From: Eledone cirrhosa
Lineage: Eukaryota
NCBI GenBank assembly: GCA_964016885.1
Contig: OZ024741.1
Location: 25,296,001 to 25,360,000, forward strand
Direction: 5' to 3'
Length of the DNA stretch: 64,000 bases
A program made the position numbers and the translations under genes. Positions 14,475 to 25,893 of the stretch are shown in pieces. A model generated the notes under the pieces. The model searched no databases. It saw only the letters and a program-made list of their open reading frames with translations, and had not been told where the DNA came from. The stretch's first letter is position 1, and each line of letters starts with the position of its first letter.

Positions 14475-14764
14475 AATAAGAAAGTGTTTTATTAGCTTGT
14501 GGTACAAAATTTAAAGGCTTTTTAAGGAGATGGACCATGAAAACCAATACATGCTGTGTCCCTGTAAACCTACTTGTATCACCAATACCAGTAATATAGG
14601 CTCAATACTATCATCATTTCATTTTACGTTCACTTTTCCCTGCTTGCAAGGGTGGGACGGGAACTGATTCTGGCTTGATTTCTACAGCTGGATGTCCTTC
14701 CTAACACCAACCTCATTTACAGTGAGTACTGGGTGCTTTTTTGCCGTGGCACCTCCACGACCAC

Positions 14765-14902
14765 TTTGCAGCTGAGTAAACTGGAGCAATGTGAAATAAA
14801 GTGTCTTGCTCAAGGAAACAACACATCACCCGGTCTGCGAATTGAACTCACAACCTTTCGATTGCAAGGCCAATGCTCTAACCACTAAGCCATGTGCCTC
14901 CA
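14765..14902 (-). mobile_element. tRNA-derived SINE head
   Basis: Reverse strand TGGCTTAGTGGTTAGAGC (A box) ... GTGAGTTCAATTC (B box-like), followed by TCCTTGAGCAAGACACTTT (CORE-SINE-like body). Confidence 0.7.
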
Positions 14903-14984
14903 ATATATTGTATATTGTTATATTGTTAATACATTATCATTGTATCGTATGTTTTGCTTTAATATGTTATAAAATAGCAACCAG

Positions 14985-15310
14985 TGAAAATCTGATATCC
15001 TACACATAACACTAGGATATCTGACACAAAACAAATTTAGATATACAATATTTGATATCCCATATACACCAGTGAGATATACTGTTATCTCAGACACAAC
15101 ACTGGGATATCTGACACTTAACACATTGAGATATATATCTGACACCTCATACACAACAGTGATATATATAATATCTGATATCTCATATACAACAGCGAGA
15201 TATACAATATATATCTCATATACAACAGTGAGATATATAATATCTGATATCTTATATACAAAAGTGAGATATACATTATCTGATATGTCGGACATGGCAG
15301 AGATACACTA
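14985..15310. repeat. Degenerate ~33-bp tandem repeat with internal inverted repeat
   Basis: Units resemble GATATCTCATATACAACAGTGAGATATATAATATCT, with ATATCTCA/TGAGATAT arms. Confidence 0.75.
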
Positions 15311-15340
15311 TTTCTATTTTTCACATTACGAGACTTCAAA

Positions 15341-17149
15341 AGCCCCCACCACCACCACCACCGCCACACACACATACACTCCTACATGGTGAGAAGCCCC
15401 CGCCACCACACACACACTCCTACATGGTGAGAAGCCCCCCCCCCACACACACACATATACACTCCTACATGGTGAGAAGACCCCGCCACCACACACACAC
15501 ACACTCCTACATGGTGAGAAGCCCCCGCCACCACACACACACATACACTCCTACATGGTGAGAAGCCCCCGCCACCACACACACATATACACTCCTACAT
15601 GGTGAGAAGCCCCCGCCACCACACACACACATACACTCCTACATGGTGAGAAGCCCCTGCCACCACACACACACACACACTCCTACATGGTGAGAAGCCC
15701 CTGCCACCACACACACACATACACTCCTACATGGTGAGAAGACCCCGCCGCCACCGCCACACACACATACACTCCTACATGGTGAGAAGCCCCTGCCACC
15801 ACACACACATATACACTCCTACATGGTGAGAAGACCCCGCCACCACACACACATATACACTCCTACATGGTGAGAAGCCCCTTCCACCACACACACATAT
15901 ACACTCCTACATGGTGAGAAGCCCCGTCACCACACACACATATACACTCCTACATGGTGAGAAGCCCCTGCCACCACACTCCTACATGGTGAGAAGCCCC
16001 TGCCACCACACACACACTCCTACATGATGAGAAGCCCCTTCCATCACACTCCTACATGGTGAGAAGCCCCTGCCACCACACACACACACACACTCCTACA
16101 TGGTGAGAAGACCCTGCCACCACACACACATATACACTCCTACATGGTGAGAAGCCCCTGCCACCACACACATATACACTCCTACATGGTGAGAAGCCCC
16201 CGCCACCACACACACACTCCTACATGGTGAGAAGCCCCCGCCACCACACACACACATACACTCCTACATGGTGAGAAGCCCCTTCCACCACACTCCTACA
16301 TGGTGAGAAGCCCCTGCCACCACACACACACATACACTCCTACATGGTGAGAAGCCCCTGCCACCACACACACACTCCTACATGGTGAGAAGCCCCCGCC
16401 ACCACACACACATATACACTCCTACATGGTGAGAAGCCCCCGCCACCACACACACACATACACTCCTACATGGTGAGAAGCCCCCGCCACCACACACACA
16501 TATACACTCCTACATGGTGAGAAGCCCCCGCCACCACACACACATATACACTCCTACATGGTGAGAAGCCCCCGCCACCACACACACACATACACTCCTA
16601 CATGGTGAGAAGCCCCCGCCACCACACACACATATACACTCCTACATGGTGAGAAGCCCCCGCCACCACACACACACATACACTCCTACATGGTGAGAAG
16701 CCCCCGCCACCACACACACATATACACTCCTACATGGTGAGAAGCCCCCGCCACCACACACACATATACACTCCTACATGGTGAGAAGCCCCCGCCACCA
16801 CACACACACATACACTCCTACATGGTGAGAAGCCCCCGCCACCACACACACATATACACTCCTACATGGTGAGAAGCCCCTGCCACCACACACACATATA
16901 CACTCCTACATGGTGAGAAGCCCCCACCACCACACACACATATACACTCCTACATGGTGAGAAGCCCCTGCCACCACACACACATACACTCCTACATGGT
17001 GAGAAGCCCCCGCCACCACACACACACATACACTACTACATGGTGAGAAGACCCCACCGCCACCGCCACACACACACATACACTCCTACATGGTGAGAAG
17101 ACCCCACCGCCACCGCCACACACACACATACACTCCTAGATGGTGAGAA
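15341..17149. repeat. Minisatellite ACTCCTACATGGTGAGAAGCCCCCGCCACC(AC)nATAC, mostly ~40-45-bp units, about 40 copies
   Basis: Constant core with a variable AC tract. The last copy ends about 11 bp from the exon G donor. Confidence 0.97.
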
Positions 17150-17161
17150 TGTGGCATTTAC

Positions 17162-17296
17162 CGAAGCTAGTTCTTGGGCTTGTTTGAAGAAATTGGCCTG
17201 TTCAGCTTCACCATAGTGTACAAGGCTAGGGCACACTTCATAAAGGCGTTTTCTAACATCAGTTAATTTGTCGTAAGGTAGAACAACTCCACAAAT
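17162..17296 (-). CDS. NDUFS1: NDUFS1 coding exon G (135 nt)
   Basis: CTTCAG acceptor, ICGVVLPYDKLTDVRKRLYEVCPSLVHYGEAEQANFFKQAQELAS, GTAAAT donor. Confidence 0.95.
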
Positions 17297-17649
17297 CTGA
17301 AGACCAAACAAAGATAGCATTTAAAAATTAAAAATCATCATCATCATCAATATTGATACAGTTATCACTATCACTCCAGAAGACTGGGGTAATACAGTTT
17401 TTCTCTTGTTGGTTTTATGTTTACATCCCTTCCCAATATTTAGGGAAGACAAGGTGGGAGCTGTTTATTACCTCCAGTAAGTCAAACTGAGAGAAGTAAA
17501 CATTATGTGGATTGCTCAACCATAACCTCAGTCACTGTGATTTCACATAAAAGTAAAGTAAAGTACCCTGACCCTTAGTGGAGCTGTAGGTATGCCATCC
17601 TGACACATATCTTGGGCATATGTGTGTGTGAGAGAGAGAGGGAATGAAC

Positions 17650-17760
17650 CCCAATACCCAACTGGTATTTTATTTATTGATCTTGAAAAGATAAAAGGCA
17701 AAATTGACCACAGCAAGATTTGAACTCACAGTGTAGAGAGCAGGAGCAAATACTAAGGTA
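17650..17760 (-). mobile_element. tRNA-derived SINE fragment
   Basis: ACTGGTA..TTATTTT..GATAAAAGGCAAA...GATTTGAACTCA motif shared with copies at 25540-25740 and 50040-50225. Confidence 0.65.
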
Positions 17761-17761
17761 T

Positions 17762-20322
17762 TCGAGCACTCCTCTTTGTTTCGACCGCGGACGGCTAACA
17801 TAACCCCATCTCCCCCCGCTCCCCACCGCCCCCACCCTCCAAACGCAATCCAAAACTTCAGAGTTGGTACCATAAATGTAGGCACCTTAAAGGGTCGCGC
17901 TAACGAGGTTGTAGAAATGCTTGAACGTAAGGAGGTCGATGTTTGTTGTATTCAAGAGACCAGGTGGAGGGGTCGGTCTGCTAGATTCATTGAGGGTAAA
18001 AAACGATGTTATAAGCTTTTCTGGGTGGGAAACGACGATGGGCTGGGTGGAGTAGGAATCATGGTAGCAGAAAAGTGGGCAGATAAGATAATAGACGTAA
18101 ATAGAGTGAACGACAGAATAATTAAAATATGACTTGTCCTCAATAGAACTACGGTGACAGTAATATCTGCGTACGCACCCCAATTCGGACTGCCCGGCAC
18201 TATAAAAGACAGATTCTATGAGACACTGATGCTCACTACCTCCCAAATAACCGACAGTGACTATATAATTATTGCAGGCGACCTAAATGGTCACGTTGGA
18301 CAACATTGCGACGGCTACAACGAAATCCATGGAGGCTATGGGTTTGGTACTAGAAATGAGGAAGGCTCCAGAATCCTGGAATTCTGTGACGCAAATAACG
18401 TGAGGTGTTCAGGATTGCTAGGCAATGTGTCAAGGAAAACCGTGATACTGTCGGGGAGAAGTGTGTACTCAATGATGATGGCGTACTTGCCATCACCGAC
18501 GCTGATAAGAAGGTAGCTTGGAAGTGTCACTATGAAAGGCTACTAAATGAGGAGAATAAATGGGAGAAAGACAGTCTCCCCCACATCGACCCAATAGAGG
18601 GACCAGCAGTGTTAGTCGAAGGTAGTATAATAAGTAAGGCAATCAAAGATATGAAGACGGGTAAGGCGGCTGGGCCTTCGGAAATAGTTGCTGAGATGCT
18701 GAAGGCATCTGGCACGGTGGGACACACCATGGTCACCCGGATAGTTAACCAAGTCGTACAGAATGGGGTTGTTCCGAAGGACTGGCATAGCAGCAACATC
18801 GTTAACTGTTATAAGGGTAAAGGAGATGCCCTAGATAGGAGTAACTATAGAGGCATTAAATTAATCGACCAGGTCATGAAGGTCACGGAAAAAGTAATAG
18901 CGCAACTAATCAGAGAGAGAATTGATCTAGATGAAATGCAGTTCGGGTTTGTGTCAGGCAAAAGTACCACAGACGCTCTTTTCATTGTACGACAACTACA
19001 GGAGAAGTACCTAGCTAAAGGTAAACCCCTATACTTAGCTTTTGTTGACTTGGAGAAAGCCTTCGACAGAGTGCCCCGTTCCATTATCTGGTGGGCCCTT
19101 AGAAAACTAGGTGTCGACGAATGGCTTGTGAGAGCTATACAAGCCATGTATAAAGAAACAGTCAGCAAGGTTAGAATTAACAACGAATATAGTGAAGAGT
19201 TTAGCGTAAAAGTTGGCGTCCATCAGGGCTCTGTTCTCAGCCCCCTACTATTTATTATTGCCCTTCAGGCTATAACAGAGGAGTTCAAGACCGGCTGCCC
19301 ATGGGAACTCCTATACGCAGACGACCAAACACTCATAGCTGAATCAATGGCCGAGCTAGAGAAGAAATTCCAAACATGGAAGCACGGCCTAGAATCAAAA
19401 GGCCTTAAAATTAACCTGGCTAAGACTAAAGTTCTAGTTTGTAGGAAAGAAAATAAGGCGGCGGTCCCTTCCGGGAAATGGCCATGCTCAGTGTGTAGGA
19501 AAGGCGTAGGTAGAAACTCCATTTTATGTCCCAAATGCAAAGTATGGGTGCATAAAAGATGTAGTGGGATCACAGGTAAGCTAACTAAGAACATAGATTT
19601 TACATGTGGCCGGTGCTCTGGTGCAATAAGTAACAGCAAGTGCCCACAAAATACTAGCTCTTACAACTGCGCAGAGGGCTCTATAGAAATAGTGGACAGC
19701 TTCCGTTACCTGGGTGACAAAATCAGCAGTGGGGGAGGGTGCTCTGAAAGTACAGCAGCTAGAGTCAGAACTGGATGGAAAAAGTTCAGAGAGCTTATAC
19801 CACTATTAGCCGCTAAAGGGTTCTCCCTAAAAATGAAAGGCAGGTTGTATGATGCCTGCATACGAACAGCAATGTTGCATGGCAGTGAGACCTGGGCATT
19901 GTGTGCAGAGGATATATGCAGACTAGAGAGGAACGAAGCTTGCATGCTCCGCTGGATGTGTAATAGTAATATACGTGAACGGCAAAGCATAAACGAACTA
20001 AGGAAAAAATTAGAAATAAGAGGGATCAGATGTTGTTTACTCGAGAGAAGGCTACGTTGGTATGGACACGTGATGCGCATGAAAGTCGATAGCTGTATAA
20101 CAAAGTGCAGGGCAATAAAGATAGACGGTAGCCACGGAATAGGCAGACCTAGAAAAACCTGGGACGAGCTGATAAACTCCGACCTCACACACTTACACCT
20201 CTCCAAGACAATGTCACTGAACCGAGACCTTTGGCGGTACTCAGTAATAGAGAAGACCCGCCTTACCTAAATACAAAGTAAAACCTACTACAGTCAGTGG
20301 CATCTCTAACAAAATACACATC
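17762..20322 (+). mobile_element. RTE-clade LINE copy 1 (endonuclease 5' part + intact RT; internal deletion; 3' UTR truncated)
   Basis: APE motifs (GTINVGTL, CIQETRW, SAYAPQ, AGDLNGHVG) with one stop at 18130-18132. RT ORF 18405-20270 has YRGIKL, QFGF, FVDLEKAFDRV, GVHQGSVLSPLLF, YADD and C-terminal GRPRKTW. Confidence 0.95.
18405..20270 (+). CDS. LINE reverse transcriptase ORF (621 aa) with embedded C4HC3 zinc finger
   Basis: Uninterrupted ORF with all canonical non-LTR RT motifs. It is out of frame with the upstream endonuclease part, so it is probably not a functional autonomous gene. Confidence 0.8.
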   Translation: MFRIARQCVKENRDTVGEKCVLNDDGVLAITDADKKVAWKCHYERLLNEENKWEKDSLPHIDPIEGPAVLVEGSIISKAIKDMKTGKAAGPSEIVAEMLKASGTVGHTMVTRIVNQVVQNGVVPKDWHSSNIVNCYKGKGDALDRSNYRGIKLIDQVMKVTEKVIAQLIRERIDLDEMQFGFVSGKSTTDALFIVRQLQEKYLAKGKPLYLAFVDLEKAFDRVPRSIIWWALRKLGVDEWLVRAIQAMYKETVSKVRINNEYSEEFSVKVGVHQGSVLSPLLFIIALQAITEEFKTGCPWELLYADDQTLIAESMAELEKKFQTWKHGLESKGLKINLAKTKVLVCRKENKAAVPSGKWPCSVCRKGVGRNSILCPKCKVWVHKRCSGITGKLTKNIDFTCGRCSGAISNSKCPQNTSSYNCAEGSIEIVDSFRYLGDKISSGGGCSESTAARVRTGWKKFRELIPLLAAKGFSLKMKGRLYDACIRTAMLHGSETWALCAEDICRLERNEACMLRWMCNSNIRERQSINELRKKLEIRGIRCCLLERRLRWYGHVMRMKVDSCITKCRAIKIDGSHGIGRPRKTWDELINSDLTHLHLSKTMSLNRDLWRYSVIEKTRLT

Positions 20323-20466
20323 ATTCAGTTTAACACCTGATGAAAAGACGCATTAGTATTGCCCTTCCATTTCTGATGAAACGAAATTTAAAAAAAATAT
20401 TTTAATCTAGTACGACGGAAAAAAACACAGCTTTCTACAATAATTAAACTGAAAATCTGGTCAAAC

Positions 20467-20642
20467 CTCGGAGAGGGCTCGAAGTATTTTCCAATCAGTC
20501 CTTGCCATTCCTGGAGGAGAAACAGCAATTCTGGTTTGTTGAGCTCTTCCTTCTGTGTTTACATAGGTGGCTTCCTTCTCAGTGTAGGCAGTACCAGGAA
20601 ATATTAGATCAGCCATTTGAGCCCCAGTATCACCATGATGTC
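20467..20642 (-). CDS. NDUFS1: NDUFS1 coding exon F (176 nt)
   Basis: TTTCAG acceptor, (G)[64 protein letters not shown] donor. Contains the hallmark [15 protein letters not shown] motif. Confidence 0.97.
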
Positions 20643-20769
20643 CTGAAAACAAAATAAGAAGGTTATTAAGAAGTACAGCAACAACAACTGCATTACAGCA
20701 AATTACTTCCATGTGTTTGGTGTGTGGATATTTTTAACAACAATCTCAGCAGAAAAGAACACACACACA

Positions 20770-21050
20770 CATCATCATCATCATTATTTAACATCCGTTT
20801 TCCCTGCCAGGAAGAATTGGATAGGTTTACATAGACAAACTCAGTACTGAAGTGGGGTTACTGACTTCCCAGACACGCCGAAGAAGTCTGTCTCCCACTT
20901 ACGTATGGTCATTATCAAGTGCAGAGAAGTCATGTTCTTTTGACACAAACTGAAGGGTCCTCCTAACCCCTTGTTTAGCAAGCTTTCTATGGTTGGATGC
21001 CCATCCTAACACCAACCACTTTACGTGTATTGGGTGCATTTATCATGCAG
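20770..21050 (-). mobile_element. Short element with an RTE-type 3' end and (GAT)n tail
   Basis: (CAT)n TTTAACATCC... and GGATGCCCATCCTAACACCAACC match the 3' UTR of RTE copies 2 and 3. Confidence 0.6.
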
Positions 21051-21298
21051 ATGACCAACACTAGAGAAGTTGCCATATATATATGTATATATACACACAC
21101 ACATATGAGGTCATTCCAACATGTCTTGTCTCATGCCAATGTGGCAAGCAGATAGTAACTCTGATGAAATAATGACATGGTTTGGTGACTGCAGTCCTGT
21201 TGAAGTTAACATCTCCAATACTAGTGACATGATAAAATAAACTGTCCCAGCTACATTCAACCAATAACAACACAGTAGTTATTGGTACATAAACCACA

Positions 21299-24073
21299 CT
21301 CATCATCATCATCGTTTAACGTCCATCTTCCACGCTAGCATGGGTTTGGATGGGAATTTTCCCACTTGAGGCAAGATTGGTTGTCTTGCTCGTATAGGAC
21401 TGTCTGGCGGGTTTTCTACGGCTGGATGCCCTTCCTAACACCAACACGTTTACAGTGTGGGCTGGGAGGTTTTTACCGTGTTACCTACAGGGCCACATTA
21501 CAGCGTGGCCTGTGTTTTTTTGTCATGACACCTACACAACCTCATTTATTCGGACTGGATGTTGTGGTACTAACATAGCTTTACATCGAAAGGGGTGGTG
21601 TGGATGGGGTGGGGGTAGTGTGACGGGTGTGTATTTTTGTTAAGAGGTGCCTACTGACTGTAGGTTTCGCTTTGTACTTAAGCAAGGCGGGTCTTCTGTA
21701 TTACTGTGTAGCGCCAAAGATCTCGGTCCAGTGACATTGTCTTGGAGATGTGTACGTGTGTGAGGTCGGAATTTATCAAGTCGTCCCAGGTTTTTCTGGG
21801 TCTGCCTACTCCGTGGCTACCGTCTATTTTTATCGCCCTGCACTTTTTTATACAGCTGTCGTCTTTCATGCATATCACATGACCATACCAACATAGTCTT
21901 CTCTCGAGTAAACAACATCTGATTCCTCTTATTCCTAATTTCTCCCTTAGTTCATTTATGCTTTACCGTTCACGTATATTACTATTACACATCCAACGGA
22001 GCATGCAAGCTTCGTTCCTCTCCAGTCTGCGTATATCCTCTGCACACAATGCCCAAGTCTCACTGCCATGTAACATTGCTGTTCGTATGCAGGCATCATA
22101 CAGCCTGCCTTTCATTTTTAGAGAGAACCCTTAAGCGGCCAATAGTGGTATAAGCTCTCTGAACTTTTTCCATCCCGTTCTGACTCTAGCTACTGTAATT
22201 TCAGAACACCCTCCACCACTGCTGATTTTGTCACCCAGGTAATGGAAGGTGTCCACTATTTCTATAGAACCATCTGTGCAATGGAATGAGCTAGTATTCT
22301 GTGGCAACTTACTGCTACTTATTGCACCAGAGCACCGGCCACATATAAAATCTATATTCTTAGTTAGCTTACCTGTGATCCCACTACATCTTTTATGCAC
22401 CCATACTTTGCATTTGGGACATAAAATGGAGTTTCTGCCTACTCCTTTCCTACACACTGACCATGGCCATTTCCCAGATGGGGCCAGTGCCCTATTTTCC
22501 TTCCTACAAACTAGAACTTTAGTCTTAGACAGGATAATTTTAAGGCCTTTGGATTCTAGGCCATGTTTCCATGTTTGGAATTTCTTCTCTAGTTCAGCCA
22601 TTGATTCAGCTATGAGTGTTAGATCATCTGCGTATAGGAGTTCCCATGGGCAGCCGGTCTTGAACTCCTCTGTTATAGCCTGAAGGGCAATAATAAATGG
22701 TAGGGGGCTAAGGACGGAGCCCTGATGAACACCAACTTTTACGCTAAACTCTTCACTATATTCGTTGTTAATTCTAACCTTGCTGACTGTTTCTTTATAC
22801 ATGGCTTATATAGCTCTCACAAGCCATTCATCAACACCTAGTTTTCTAAGAGCCTACCAGATAATGGAGCGGGGTACTCTGTCATAGGCTTTCTCCAAGT
22901 CAACAAAAGCTAAGTATAGGGGTTTACTTTTAGCTAGGTACTTCTGTAGTTGTCGTACAATGAAAAGAGCGTTTGTTGTACTTTTACCTGACACAAACCC
23001 GAACTGCATTTCATCTAGATCAATTCGCTCTCTGATTAGTTGTGCTATTACTTTTTCTGTGACCTTCATGACCTGGTCAATTAATTTAATGCCTCTATAG
23101 TTTCCCCTATCTAGGGCATCTCCTTTACCCTTGTAGCAGTTAATGATGATGCTGCTATGCCAGTCCTTCAGAACGACCCCATTCTGTATGACTTGGTTTA
23201 CTATCCGGGTGACCATAGTGTGTCCCACCGTTCCAGATGCTTTCAGCATTTCAGCAACTATTTCCGAAGGCCCAGCCGCCTTGCCTCTCTTCATATCTTT
23301 GATCGCCTTACTTATTATACTACCTTCAACTTGCACTGCTGGTCCTTCTATTGGATCGATGTGGGGGGAGACTGTCTTTCTCCCAATTATTCTCCTCATT
23401 TAGTAGCCTTTCGTAGTGACACTTCCAAGCTACCTTCTTATCAGCGTCAGTGATGGCAAGTACACCATCATCATTAAGGACACACTTCTCCCCAACAATA
23501 TCACGGTTTTCCTTGACACATTGCCTAGCAATCCTGAACACCTCACGTTTTTGGTCCTCGCGTTGTAGAACATGCTTGAACTTTCTTTCCTCTGCTTCCC
23601 TTCTTGCGAAGTACACTTGTCTCCTAGCTTCCCTCCTGGCCACTTGATAGTCTTCTCTACTTGCCCCATGCTTTCCAAGCCTGCTTTTTGGCCTTAATTG
23701 ACTCCTCCACCTTACTGTTCCACCACCAAGTTACTCTCCTCCTGCCTATAGGTCTGCTCCAGCCACAGATTTCATCTGTCGCCTTCAGCAGGTTAGCTTT
23801 CAGGAATTCCCACTGTTCCTCTATATTGTACGACTCTAATTGCTCTTCCTTACTATCAAAAGCATCAAGTAATATGCTTTTAATTTTATTACTGGCTGTG
23901 GGGTCCTTTAGCTTCCATATTTTTCTCCTGAGGATAGTCCTCTTCTGTTGTCGAGTACATCTCGTCCTGACTATGAGGTCGCTAATTATGAGTCTATGTT
24001 GAGAGGTGCATTCTTCAAGGGGGAGGGATTTAGTGTTTACAACGGACACTCTGTCACGTCTTCTGGTAAATAT
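21299..24073 (-). mobile_element. RTE-clade LINE copy 2, 5'-truncated, with complete 3' UTR and (GAT)n tail; pseudogenised
   Basis: Reverse complement is near-identical to copy 1 across the RT and also carries the APE C-terminus and linker. It has several stops and frameshifts. Candidate TSD AACCACA at 21292-21298 and 24074-24080. Confidence 0.95.
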
Positions 24074-24111
24074 AACCACATCCAACTAATCATGTAACAA
24101 GTAACACTAAC

Positions 24112-24265
24112 CTTGGTATATCACAAAACAGTCACTGGGAAGGTCTTCTTTTGTCACACTGCCCTCATCAGCTCCAAGCATAAATAAAACTTTGGGTTTC
24201 TTCTCTCGGATGTAAGACACTCCAGCTTTGTAACCAATGTCTAATGCAGCTACCTGACTAGCAAC
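24112..24265 (-). CDS. NDUFS1: NDUFS1 coding exon E (154 nt)
   Basis: TTCTAG acceptor, [51 protein letters not shown]+G, GTTAGT donor (phase 1). Confidence 0.95.
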
Positions 24266-24879
24266 CTAGAATAATAATAATAATAATAGTAATTTCTTTA
24301 TTAACCACAAAGAGTTTACATTAAGGAAGGCACAGGACAAAACATTGTGTGTGGGAGGGTTTAGTGTAAACAGGTTTAAATATAGTAAGGGGAGGTAATA
24401 ATAAAATTTTAACTGAGTATTACTCAATAGGGAGGAGACGTCTGAGGGTTACTCGTGGAAAAACCCCATAAACCCATAAAACCACAGTTGCTCTAACTTC
24501 AATTTACAGTCATATACTCAGAGCTTGCTTGCTACTCTCATCCATCTTTCAACAAAATGGCTGGAATGCAAAATACTTACCTCTCCACCCTCATTTTCCT
24601 CTTCAAGTTTCACTTGAGGTTAATGAGGGATTTAGTGATTTACCTAAGAGAAAAATCAGTCCCTTCAATCACATCCATTATACAACCTCTTTTGCCATGG
24701 TCACTAATCATATATAATGTCTGCACTTCCCAGTTAAAAGAAGATGGCGGCGCAATCTTCACGATGGATTCAGTTGACAACTGAATCCTTCCTACACTTG
24801 AGAGCAGTGGCGGATTTGAACACAAGATATAAAGAGCCAGAACAAATAATGAGGGGAGATAATAATATCTTAAATTTAT

Positions 24880-25095
24880 GCATAGACAGTTGAGAGATCA
24901 CAGCTCTGATACTATGGGAATGTAGTTAGAATATCTCAGGAAAGAATAGCTGGACAGATTTTAAGGGCAAAACCAACCGGCAGGAGACCCAAGGGTAGAT
25001 CCTGAGCAAGATGGTTGGATAACATTTATGAGCTTGGCTGGTCTCACTTGGGCATCTAACCGGATCAATTGGATACAGTTGCTTCTGTCAGGACA
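24880..25095 (+). mobile_element. Old LINE 3' fragment (different RTE-like family)
   Basis: Translates RSQL*YYGNVVRISQERIAGQILRAKPTGRRPKGRS*ARWLDNI, a typical non-LTR C-terminal GRP..W motif with stops. Confidence 0.65.
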
Positions 25096-25184
25096 CCACA
25101 ACCCTCTCAGTAATAAGTGGGTGAAGAAGAAGACACATATTTGTAAGTGGCCCCTCCACTACCCAAGTATAAACTGGTACTTAC

Positions 25185-25346
25185 CCGATGCAAGATATTA
25201 AGCACTCTCCAGTCGGCTTCACAGCCAGATTGGAGCCTGGCATTCTGAGCAATGGTAGACACTGAAGCATGGACAGCTGCACTATCGGCCCTCTGCAACA
25301 GTGCACTTCCAACAACAACAACTGGCTTCTTTGCTGCATTCAATGT
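25185..25346 (-). CDS. NDUFS1: NDUFS1 coding exon D (162 nt)
   Basis: GATAG acceptor, TLNAAKKPVVVVGSALLQRADSAAVHASVSTIAQNARLQSGCEADWRVLNILHR, GTAAGT donor. Confidence 0.94.
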
Positions 25347-25539
25347 CTATCAACAACAACAACAGTAATATATTACATATATACAAGATAATAGGTACAT
25401 TAGGGGGGTGGTGGGTATCAATGATTCAACTGTCTCTTACTTTACTACAGACCATGGCAGGCAGTGAACTGAGTGTAAAACATAGGATTAAATACCACAA
25501 GACATTTAGTCCTACATGCTTCACCTTTTATTCCACAAT

Positions 25540-25740
25540 AATGGTTTCTTATTTAAGCACAAGGCTAGAAGTCAATTAAATTGACCTCAGTGCGTTACTG
25601 GTACTTTATTTTAACAACCCCATAAGGATAAAAGGCAAAGCTAACCTTGGTGGAATTTAAATTCAGAACATAAAGGGGTGCAACTCTATGCCACAAAGCA
25701 TGTCCGACGTTCTACTGATACTGTCAATCCACCACCTTAG
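25540..25740 (-). mobile_element. tRNA-derived SINE
   Basis: Collinear with the 50040-50225 copy (GCACAAGGC, TTACTGGTACTTTATTTTA, AGGATAAAAGGCAAAG, GATACTGTCAATCCACC). Confidence 0.75.
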
Positions 25741-25893
25741 TTTTGAAAGAACCTATATGTCATCACTGGACTGGCTAGAAACAGCAGTCAAATTTCCCTC
25801 TTATCACACGCTACTAAGTTTAAAAAAACATATTGGATATGGTTCTAGGTTCTCTGCAAAGGAAAAAGACAGGAGGAACATGACTAGAATATA

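Noticed and set aside
14820-14902. Possible tRNA gene (GCA anticodon-like)
   Set aside because: The stems pair poorly and the sequence runs directly into a SINE body, so it is a SINE head.
15341-17149. CRISPR-like repeat-spacer appearance
   Set aside because: The spacers are only variable (AC)n tracts rather than unique sequences, there are no cas genes, and the context is a eukaryotic intron.
18405-20270. Retron, DGR, telomerase or domesticated RT gene
   Set aside because: The APE endonuclease, RTE-type C-terminus and multiple decayed paralogues in the window identify an ordinary non-LTR retrotransposon.
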